A DNA stretch of 64,000 nt from positions 122,466-186,465 of the IMG/VR virus record IMGVR_UViG_3300042691_041718; one strand, given 5' to 3'. The DNA is from a virus. A program made the position numbers and the translations under genes. The stretch's first letter is position 1; the number at the start of each line of letters is the position of its first letter. Shown here one piece after another: positions 48,571 to 56,961 of the stretch. The notes beneath the pieces were generated by a model. It saw only the letters and a program-made list of their open reading frames with translations, was not told where the DNA came from and did not search any database.

Positions 48571-49841
48571 ATATAGAAAGTCTTTGTAGATCAGCTCTAC
48601 AAATAATTAAAGATACTTGGGGTATTCCAAAAACAGGATTTATTGCTGGTGGTTCTATTGCTAATATTGCGTGGGAATTAGTTTCCGGTAAAAAAGCAGT
48701 TGTAAATGATATTGATGTTTTTATTTTTAGAAATAAAATAGATAAATTCTCTAATGTTGATAGAGATAGTCTTTATAGATATAAAGTTGATGATATTAAA
48801 GCTTATGAAGATTATACTGGTATAAACTGGAGTACTTACACAAAAAATTTCTATTCAATCGCATCGTCTGAAAAAGACGGAATATTTAATATTATAGAAT
48901 ACGATTCAAATATCGAAGATCCAAAGTTTATTATAGACTCATTTGATATAAATTGTACAGCAGTTGGTTATTCAATTGATGAAGATAAATTTTATTGGAC
49001 TAAAGAGTTTGAGAATTTCTTGAAAACCGGTGAATTGAAGATAGTTAACTTAACCACACCATCACATACTGCTATCAGAATAATTAAAAAGTCTGATGAA
49101 TTAGGTTGTGAATTAGATGAATTTGAGTATAAGATCCTGTCTTATGTAATCAGTAATAGTTACTATTTCTCAGATGTTTCAAAAAGAATGTTTAAAGAAA
49201 GATATTATGAAATATTTGAAAAATACTCAGATAAGTTAAGTAATTACTTTAATATAGTTAGGTGTTTAGATGATGAGATGTATATAAAAACTATGTTTAA
49301 TTCTGATGATAAGTTATATAAATTGATACCAGTTAAATATGTTAAAGAAGAAAAAGTATTATTTGATGTTATAAACATGGTTGATAAAGGATTTGAATAT
49401 TGGAGTGACTCTGATATAACATCTATTCAAACTTGTAAGAACTTCTTATTCTATATAAGAAATGTTTATGAAAATGAAGAGATTAAAAAAATATGGAAGT
49501 CTTATAATTTTAACACAGAAGATTATATAGATTGTCAACCGAGTAAAGAAGATTTAGATTTACTTAAAAGACTTGTTGAGAACACAAGAGCAATAAACTC
49601 ACTCAATGGTTACACTCTATCAGAACAATTAAATATAATTAAAACTTTATTTAATGAGTTTTCTGATGATCCAATTATAGCAATTTCTCTATTAGAAAAA
49701 GAGGGGTTTAAAATGCCTGATATTATTGATGATAGTGAGAAATTATTATTGGAATTATCGGTTAGAAAAGAAATTGTTAATGATACTAAAGGTAAAGTTA
49801 GAAAAGTTCTAAACTTAGAGAATAAAATTAAAGAAATTTAA
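48567..49841 (+). CDS. nucleotidyltransferase (CCA/poly(A) polymerase head-like)
   Basis: FIAGGSIAN, VNDIDVF (DxD), DSFDINCTAVG. Confidence 0.7.
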   Translation: MNIESLCRSALQIIKDTWGIPKTGFIAGGSIANIAWELVSGKKAVVNDIDVFIFRNKIDKFSNVDRDSLYRYKVDDIKAYEDYTGINWSTYTKNFYSIASSEKDGIFNIIEYDSNIEDPKFIIDSFDINCTAVGYSIDEDKFYWTKEFENFLKTGELKIVNLTTPSHTAIRIIKKSDELGCELDEFEYKILSYVISNSYYFSDVSKRMFKERYYEIFEKYSDKLSNYFNIVRCLDDEMYIKTMFNSDDKLYKLIPVKYVKEEKVLFDVINMVDKGFEYWSDSDITSIQTCKNFLFYIRNVYENEEIKKIWKSYNFNTEDYIDCQPSKEDLDLLKRLVENTRAINSLNGYTLSEQLNIIKTLFNEFSDDPIIAISLLEKEGFKMPDIIDDSEKLLLELSVRKEIVNDTKGKVRKVLNLENKIKEI

Positions 49842-50544
49842 AAAATCTACCTTTAATACTTCTTAATTTATTATTACAAACTCTACTAATATTACCCTGA
49901 TCTAATTTTGTATCTCTTGAACAATCCATAATAGATAACCATCTATTAATTTCCAATCCATTATAATCAACCTCAATGACTATTTTTTTAACAGCATTGG
50001 GGTTTTCTAATTTTATATCACTATTCATTTCATATCTAAAAATATATCCCCCTGTGTGTTTAAACTTACCATTACAACATCTTGATATATTACCATGATT
50101 TAGATTTAATTCAGAAGCGGCTGTTCTCGCACTTCTAAACTCCTTTATGAAATTACCATCTAAATCATATTGATATACTTTTTTACCAGAGTTTTCAGAT
50201 TGTCTATCTAAAACTTCTCTCTTGCGATTTGTATTGCCTTGTCCAGTTTCATCAGAGTTAGTTAATCTATTACAAGAATAAATTTTTATATACTCAGTCT
50301 CATACTTCTCATATTCATGAGATGGACATGTTCTTAAAAAGGTTATTTTGGGATGTAAACCAATTGATGTTAATTTTCTCAACCAGTTAACTCTATAATT
50401 TTTTTTATTTATATCTTTAGACTCTATTAAATGACTTTCTAATCTGGAATGTGGATTAATTGTTTTACCAATATACCTTATCTCATCATTTCTAGGATCA
50501 ACCAATCCATAGATATAAGCAACTTCACAAGTTAAATTTTCCAT
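49828..50544 (-). mobile_element. GIY-YIG homing endonuclease with NUMOD1 repeats
   Basis: YIYGLVDP...RYIGKT..P.SRL..H; VYQYDLDGNFIKEF.S..AA...ISRCC. Confidence 0.85.
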
Positions 50545-50640
50545 ATTTTATAAACTGGTAGTTATTAAAATGGTGGTGCTTCCCTTGTATAATAAACTTT
50601 TTTATATTTAAATGATATAAATAAAAAATAAAATAAAATT

Positions 50641-50967
50641 ATGATAGCTTATATTACTGAATTAAATGAACAAAACTATGAGTCTTTTACTAAAAATGGT
50701 TTGGTATTAGTTGACGTTCTAGCGACGTGGTGTGGACCGTGTCGGGTTGTTGGTCCTTTAGTAGATCAAATTTCTTCAGAGTACAAAGAAAAGGGTTTAA
50801 GTGTTGGTAAATTAGATGCTGATGGAGCCAAAGACTTAATTAGAGAATTAGGAATAAGAAATATTCCAACTTTACTTGTCTATAAAGATGGTGAAATAGT
50901 TGAGAGAAATACAGGAAATGTAACAAAAGAAAAAATAGAAGAATTAATTAATAACCATTTAAATTAA
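50641..50967 (+). CDS. trxA: thioredoxin
   Basis: WCGPC active site, IRNIPTL cis-Pro loop. Confidence 0.95.
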   Translation: MIAYITELNEQNYESFTKNGLVLVDVLATWCGPCRVVGPLVDQISSEYKEKGLSVGKLDADGAKDLIRELGIRNIPTLLVYKDGEIVERNTGNVTKEKIEELINNHLN

Positions 50968-50972
50968 TTTTT

Positions 50973-51509
50973 ATGAAATCAATTGAGTATTTATATAGTT
51001 TAGTAGATCAATCTAACTTTACTACAATTGGATATACTTCAAATGATAAAAATTTAAAAAATGAATTTATTTCTAAATTATCATATATTGATTTAAGAGA
51101 AATAGATCCATCTTTTTCTTTTAATGGTAGTCTTAAACAAAAGATAAGAGATATTAGATTAGATTCTATTCTAAATGATTCGGAAGATTTATCAAAAATA
51201 AACTTTAAATACATATTGATTGATTACAACGATTTACCACATTTACAAAAAAGTGATGTATATAAATCAATACAATTAAATCAAATAGTTGAAAAGTTAA
51301 GAAGTGAGTGTGTAGAATGTGGATTAAAAGTAATTTTTACTGCACCAACATACACTTCATTAGAAGTAACACCATCTCAAAATTTAAAGGGAGGGAGTGG
51401 AAGTATGTATATTGCTGATTTGGCTTTTATGATTGATAAGGGAGTTGCTAAACTAATGAAAAATAGATTTGGAGCGGATAACGAAACATTTTCATTAAAT
51501 GAATTATAA
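50973..51509 (+). CDS. degenerate DnaB/RecA-like fold protein
   Basis: YILIDY, GGSGSMYIADL, KNRFG resemble DnaB C-terminal motifs; no intact Walker A. Confidence 0.45.
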   Translation: MKSIEYLYSLVDQSNFTTIGYTSNDKNLKNEFISKLSYIDLREIDPSFSFNGSLKQKIRDIRLDSILNDSEDLSKINFKYILIDYNDLPHLQKSDVYKSIQLNQIVEKLRSECVECGLKVIFTAPTYTSLEVTPSQNLKGGSGSMYIADLAFMIDKGVAKLMKNRFGADNETFSLNEL

Positions 51510-52568
51510 TGATATATAATTACTAATTATGTTAGATATATTTTCAAAATCTGTATATTTTATCACTATTAAATTTATATTCATATTATTACAATAATTA
51601 ACTTTTATATTATCCTTAGTTTTAATATCTAATAAATAAGAATGTCCTCCAAAAGCTTTAACTTCTCCATAATGTTGAATACCATTATATTCTATACAAG
51701 TATTATATTCGGGTAAATAGAAGTCAAATCTTAATTTTTTCTTATAAACACAATCATCAAAAGTTTTTTGTGTTTCATATTTTATACCTTTTTTAGTCAA
51801 AAACCAAGATATAATCTTTTCACCTTTTGACTCATTACATTTAGCACAACCTGATCCAGATGTATGTAAATAAGGTTTTTGTTTAAAAATTCCGTGTTTT
51901 TTACATATTATATTAACATCAGTTTTGAAGTTTTTATATACTGATAAACTATAATCATATTTATCACCATGTACTTTAATCGATTTATCTACAAAATCAT
52001 CATTATCATATACAAATCCACCACATTTCTGGCAACCAGATACAAGATGGTTTGATATTCTTTGTGTAAACACACCATGAATTTCACACTTGATATCTAT
52101 AAAGTCCGACAATTTATATCTTTCTTCACAGAGGAGATAAGTATAAGAACCATTATGTTTATCATTAAATCTTTTTATTAATTCATCATTTTTTATACAT
52201 TTCACATTACACATTGAGCATCCACTACCATTTAAGTGTGATTGTGGAGTTTGGTTAAAAATTCCGTGTTTAGTACAAATTATCTCGACTTTAGTCCTAT
52301 TATTAATATAATTCACCAATGAGTAATCATATAAATTACCATGTTTACTAACCGACTTTTTGATAAAATCATCCTTTGATAAAGATGGCGCACCCTTTGT
52401 ACATTTACCACAACCACCACCTCGTTTATGATGATGTGGTGTTTGTTCAAAAACGCCATGAATCTTACATATTATCTCTATTTTTGTTATATTGTTAATA
52501 TAATTAACTAATGAGTAGTCATAAGCATCACCGTGTATAGACTTAAACTTTTCTATCTCTTTTTTCAT
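51504..52568 (-). mobile_element. homing endonuclease with DUF723-like Zn repeats + PD-(D/E)xK/Vsr-like nuclease
   Basis: Four HG..YDYSL..Y......V.I.C..HG.F.Q....H..G.GC..C repeats; LRFDFYLPEYNTCIEYNGIQHY. Confidence 0.8.
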
Positions 52569-52677
52569 TTTCTATTTTTTTCTTTCTACTGAACATTCCT
52601 TTACAAGATCTTCTACAAAAAAGAGAGTCAGATCTTTTATCAACCAATTCTTTATTACACCATTTACACTTTTTCAT
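52543..52677 (-). CDS. small zinc-finger protein (44 aa, not in the ORF track) overlapping the endonuclease start
   Basis: Hand translation: MKKCKWCNKELVDKRSDSLFCRRSCKGMFSRKKKIENEKRDRKV. Confidence 0.65.
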   Translation of the reverse strand: MKKCKWCNKELVDKRSDSLFCRRSCKGMFSRKKKIENEKRDRKV

Positions 52678-52697
52678 TATTTATATATTAAATAATG
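52675..52697 (-). promoter_or_regulatory. perfect 9-bp hairpin burying the AUG, with the late motif across the loop
   Basis: Minus strand CATTATTTA-ATATA-TAAATAATG. Confidence 0.8.
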
Positions 52698-52740
52698 TAG
52701 CCCCTTATAAAACTTTTGTTTATTTTTGTATAAAAAATAT

Positions 52741-53181
52741 ATGATAGTAAGTAATAGAAAGGCTCGATATTCGTTTGATGTAATTGAAGAATTTGATTGC
52801 GGTATTATTTTAACAGGTAGTGAAGTTAAATCTATCAGAAGAGGTGATGTTACCTTAGTTGATTCGTATGCTTACTTTAAGTCTGGTGAGTTATGGATTA
52901 AAAACTTAAAAGTTTCTCGTTACAAATGGTCTCATAAAATTGAAGTTCATGATGAAAATCGTGAAAAGAAATTATTATTACATAAGAAAGAGATCGCTAA
53001 AATAGATAGACTTATACAAGATAAAGGAACTACTATTATACCATTAGGTATTTTCATTCAAAATAACAGATTGAAATTGAAAATTGGTGTTTGTAAAGGT
53101 AAGAAACTTTGGAATAAAAAGCAAGATATCAAACAAAGGGATATTGATAGAGATGCTAAAAGAGAAATGAATTTTAGATAA
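52741..53181 (+). CDS. smpB: SsrA-binding protein
   Basis: NRKARY....EEFDCGIILTGSEVKSIR, R.KKLLLHKKEI, G.TIIPL, KGKK..NK...IK.RD..R. Confidence 0.95.
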   Translation: MIVSNRKARYSFDVIEEFDCGIILTGSEVKSIRRGDVTLVDSYAYFKSGELWIKNLKVSRYKWSHKIEVHDENREKKLLLHKKEIAKIDRLIQDKGTTIIPLGIFIQNNRLKLKIGVCKGKKLWNKKQDIKQRDIDRDAKREMNFR

Positions 53182-53531
53182 TGGGTAAAAACTTTGATGA
53201 ATATCAAAAAATACTTAAAGAATTAAATCAGTCTAATACTGAGGAAGATATCATTTCAAATATTGAAAAGATAGTTAAAGGATTTAGTGTTGATTTTTAC
53301 AGAGAAGATTTAACAAAAAATCCTTTTTATAAATCTATCTTATTAGAGATAAAGGAAGATGTATTAGAAGATCTTTATAAGATTAGACAAACTATTTTAG
53401 ATGAAATGGAATCAATAAGTAGGTCTATATTAGAAGAGGTTGATGTAGATAAACTAATTCAATTAAAAGTTGAATGTCAGTTACTTTTAATTGAATTAGA
53501 TTATAAAATAGAAGATATTAAATCTATATAA
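53181..53531 (+). CDS. hypothetical helical protein
   Basis: 116-aa ORF coupled to smpB. Confidence 0.6.
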   Translation: MGKNFDEYQKILKELNQSNTEEDIISNIEKIVKGFSVDFYREDLTKNPFYKSILLEIKEDVLEDLYKIRQTILDEMESISRSILEEVDVDKLIQLKVECQLLLIELDYKIEDIKSI

Positions 53532-55296
53532 GATCAATCATTCTTTCCATGAATTTAATACCTTTCATTGATTTATTATAATCATCATCATCAAAATTAC
53601 GCATCATATTCTCAACTTCATCGCTGTATCTAAATTCCTCCATAATTCTTATGGTTCTGTATGATAATCTATTAGTATCATGTATATTGTGAATATTTTG
53701 AAGATTACTAATAATAATTGAAATATCATAAAGATTTACTATTTCTCTGGATCTAATTTTAGTTGTAAATTTTTTACCAATTCTCAATATATTTTCAAAT
53801 ACTTCTTTTAACTTTTCGTTATCAGATTTCATTATTAACTCATATGAATTCTTAAACTTAGGAGTGGTTGATTGATAATCCTCTAATAATTTTCTATATT
53901 GTTCTTTAATTGATTGAAGTGAACTCTCAACATAATTTTTCAGTTGTTCTTCATTTTGCAGTTTTTCAATACTTTCAAGACCATCAAAAAAGTAATAAAA
54001 TCCACTTATAATACTCGCATTAAAACCTCTAAATAGTGTAATAATAACATAATCATCTTTCAATATTTTCAACAAGATTGATTTTAGATTAGACATTTCA
54101 TCGATTTTAAGATTTTGATCTATTTTCATTTTGTCAACTAAATAATCAAGTCTTTTATCAACATTAATCTTTTTAATTTCTTCATTACTCATTAAAGCAG
54201 TAGCTCCGGATTTACTCTCAATTCTTTCTTTTCTAATACTTGTTAAGTCTCCTTCCATCTGTGGGAGAAACTCATCTATGTAAAATATTATAGCAAAATC
54301 TGAATCTTCTAAATCTTCTTTATAAATAGATTTGTTTTTTTCATCACTTCTATCATACTTTTGTATTTCAAAAGTTCTAAGACTATTAATATCTTTACGA
54401 ACACTCAAGTTCCAAGTATTAGGATCTTCATTCTCAGCTTTTTTGGGAGAATCACCAACAACATGTAAATCTTCACTTGTATGTTTATAAAGATGTACTT
54501 TGTAATTATCACTTTGTAAACCAACACCACTCTCAGATAAAATCCAAGATCCTATATAATTACGTTCTCTATCACTTACATTACTATATAAATGATCAAT
54601 TACACTAGCATATTCTACACCGTTTTCATCATAATAATAATCAGCAGATCCACCACTAAGATTTTTACCATAAGCAACATATGATCTAAAACGACCATAT
54701 TCATCATGAGATGAGAAAATTTTAGCCCAATTTAAGTGATAAGAATAGTCTCTACTATAATTTATATCACCACTACAACTATAAAAGGCTATAATATCAC
54801 CTGTTTTTAAATGTAGATTTTTAACATAATCATTATCAACTATACTTAATTCTCCTTTTGTTAAATCGACACCTATTAACTGGGAAGCGGAGTCAACCGC
54901 TTTCTCCTTTAATAGAGAAATTTCTTCTGGTTCAAATGGTTCAAATTTTCTACTCTCACTTTTACTTTTAACTCTTTCTCCACTTCTATTCGGAGTAACA
55001 CTAAATCCTTTATAACCATCAGTTGCGGAAAACCAAAATTTAATAGCCCAAGTATGATTAACCGAATCTTCTGGTGCTCTCATCTTAATAGCTTTATTGG
55101 CTAATATATTAACATCAAAAAAGTTATCAGTTATAGAACTTAAAGGAATTGAATTATTTTCACATATTTTCTTTAAATCTTCAATAAAAGGTTTGCTATT
55201 TAATTTCATTTTAGATAACCACCCAGTTGTCTTTGTTAAAAATTGAGATTCAAATTTCTCATTTAAAAAACTTTGTCTATATTTAAGGTATTTCAT
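53524..55296 (-). CDS. hypothetical protein with a capsid-targeting-like N-terminus
   Basis: MKYLKYRQSFLNEKF; TAATATATA 5 nt upstream. Confidence 0.7.
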   Translation of the reverse strand: MKYLKYRQSFLNEKFESQFLTKTTGWLSKMKLNSKPFIEDLKKICENNSIPLSSITDNFFDVNILANKAIKMRAPEDSVNHTWAIKFWFSATDGYKGFSVTPNRSGERVKSKSESRKFEPFEPEEISLLKEKAVDSASQLIGVDLTKGELSIVDNDYVKNLHLKTGDIIAFYSCSGDINYSRDYSYHLNWAKIFSSHDEYGRFRSYVAYGKNLSGGSADYYYDENGVEYASVIDHLYSNVSDRERNYIGSWILSESGVGLQSDNYKVHLYKHTSEDLHVVGDSPKKAENEDPNTWNLSVRKDINSLRTFEIQKYDRSDEKNKSIYKEDLEDSDFAIIFYIDEFLPQMEGDLTSIRKERIESKSGATALMSNEEIKKINVDKRLDYLVDKMKIDQNLKIDEMSNLKSILLKILKDDYVIITLFRGFNASIISGFYYFFDGLESIEKLQNEEQLKNYVESSLQSIKEQYRKLLEDYQSTTPKFKNSYELIMKSDNEKLKEVFENILRIGKKFTTKIRSREIVNLYDISIIISNLQNIHNIHDTNRLSYRTIRIMEEFRYSDEVENMMRNFDDDDYNKSMKGIKFMERMIDLI

Positions 55297-55459
55297 AAAA
55301 GTATATATTAAACTTATACTCTCATTTTTTATATAATTTTTATTGTAGTAAGTAGCTAATAAATAAATTTTAGTCTTTAATAAAGTTAGTGAAATTCAAA
55401 TTCTACCTTGAGATAATATATATGATAACAAAGACTATTTATTATATAATAAATGATAA

Positions 55460-55485
55460 AAAACCACCAAAAAATTGGTGGTTTT
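55460..55485. terminator. hairpin (terminator-like), overlapping a host-type promoter (TTG-N20-TAATTTTG, 55475-55505)
   Basis: AAAACCACCAA-AAAA-TTGGTGGTTTT. Confidence 0.65.
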
Positions 55486-55527
55486 ATTTTTTATCCTTAA
55501 TTTTGTCTAAATTAAAAAATAAGTATT

Positions 55528-55926
55528 ATGACACTAAAACAAAAAATCAGTACTGATTACATGACTGCGTTTAAAGCAAAAGACGTAGTATCAAAAAACT
55601 TACTTTCTGTAATCAAAGGTGAAATTCAAACTCTTGAAAAGAATACCGGTGTCGATTCTTTATCTGATGAAGAAGTGACAAAAATTCTTAACAAAACAGT
55701 TAAATCACTAAAAGAAACTATCGAAAAAGGTGGTGAAATTGCTAAAATGGAATTAGCTATTATCGAAGCTTATTTACCAAAACAGTTATCTAAAGAAGAT
55801 ATTGTTGCTAAGGTAACTGAGTTGAAATTAGCGGGTATCACTAATATCGGACAAATTATGAAAGAGTTCTCTACTCTACCAGTAGATAGAAAACTTGTCA
55901 GTGAAGTAATTAAAGAAGTTATCTAA
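55528..55926 (+). CDS. yqeY: GatB/YqeY domain protein
   Basis: LKQKI..D...AFKAKD...L..IKGEI...E...E..IIEAYLPKQLS.E.I...G.IMK. Confidence 0.85.
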   Translation: MTLKQKISTDYMTAFKAKDVVSKNLLSVIKGEIQTLEKNTGVDSLSDEEVTKILNKTVKSLKETIEKGGEIAKMELAIIEAYLPKQLSKEDIVAKVTELKLAGITNIGQIMKEFSTLPVDRKLVSEVIKEVI

Positions 55927-55929
55927 TAA

Positions 55930-55957
55930 AAAAACCTCAACTATTGTTGAGGTTTTT
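55930..55957. terminator. bidirectional intrinsic terminator
   Basis: AAAAACCTCAAC-TATT-GTTGAGGTTTTT between convergent genes. Confidence 0.85.
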
Positions 55958-56213
55958 CGTTTTTAATATCTGCTATATTTTTAAACTTTTCTCTGATTGT
56001 ATCAGCATCAACTCCTCTTGAAAGAAGTATAACTGCCCATCCAAAAAAGAAAAGAAAAGCAAATAAAAATACAATAAGTACAATACAAACTGGTATCCAA
56101 ATTGGTGAAGTAACCCACCACCAAGACCAATCAATATTATTAGTCAATTTCAAAGTTAAGAATATTAAAAATAAAATTGACGTTACACCAATACCACCTT
56201 TACTTTTTTCCAT
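55941..56213 (-). CDS. small two-TM membrane protein (conserved phage family)
   Basis: GGIG...LFLIFLTLKLT..IDWSWWWV.SPIW; likely start at ATG 56213. Confidence 0.7.
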   Translation of the reverse strand: MEKSKGGIGVTSILFLIFLTLKLTNNIDWSWWWVTSPIWIPVCIVLIVFLFAFLFFFGWAVILLSRGVDADTIREKFKNIADIKNEKPQQ

Positions 56214-56214
56214 A

Positions 56215-56961
56215 TTAACTAATTTCACCGTTAACTTGCCATACTGACCAGTCAACTAACATTTCTTTTTTATGTAGAAATCTCGCATCTAATACAGCTT
56301 CTACTTTATAACCTAATTCTTTAGCTCTCCAAACAAAATCAATATCTTCTGATCTTTCTTCTGAACCATTTGCTTTAGAAAGAGTTCTAAAAATTGGAAG
56401 TGCCTCATCATCACCCAATTCGGTTGGTTTACCATCAGCTGAAACATACTTCTTACTCAACATCATTCTTTGATCTTCAGCAACTTTTCTACTAATTAGT
56501 AGTGAACCAGTACCAGCCGCATCAATTGGAATAATTTGACTTTGGCCTTTATAGTTTTTTGGATTAATTGCTTGAAATCCTTTTGGGTTATTTTCATCAC
56601 CATCTTTTTGATAAATGGCTGAACTAAGTGTAGGTCTTGAGCCTTCCATTAAAAGAAGATAGTAAAGTCCTGAAACAATATCAGCATCTGAATTAAAAAT
56701 ATTTAGAGCTGTTTCGGTTGGTACTAAATCATCATCAATAAACCACAATTTATCAGCAGTCTTATTATTTAAGAAGTTTGTAATTGCCACGTTTCTAGCG
56801 TAAGCAACTGGTCTTAAACCAGGGACATACATAACTTCATATGTTCTTGGATGGTTTGGATCATTATTTAACTTTCTTATGTTATCTAACCACCATAAGA
56901 AACTAACATTAACCGAATCTCTAAATGTTAATAAGGCTATTAATATTACTTCTTTTTTCAT
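56215..56961 (-). CDS. GT-A fold (GT2-like) glycosyltransferase
   Basis: ARNVAI..FL, LWFIDDD (DxD), IDAAGTGSLLISR, SEDIDF..RA..LG. Confidence 0.8.
   Translation of the reverse strand: MKKEVILIALLTFRDSVNVSFLWWLDNIRKLNNDPNHPRTYEVMYVPGLRPVAYARNVAITNFLNNKTADKLWFIDDDLVPTETALNIFNSDADIVSGLYYLLLMEGSRPTLSSAIYQKDGDENNPKGFQAINPKNYKGQSQIIPIDAAGTGSLLISRKVAEDQRMMLSKKYVSADGKPTELGDDEALPIFRTLSKANGSEERSEDIDFVWRAKELGYKVEAVLDARFLHKKEMLVDWSVWQVNGEIS

Noticed and set aside
55437-55454. 18-bp palindrome ATTTATTATATAATAAAT
   Set aside because: AT-only sequence in a very AT-rich intergenic region; not distinguishable from chance.
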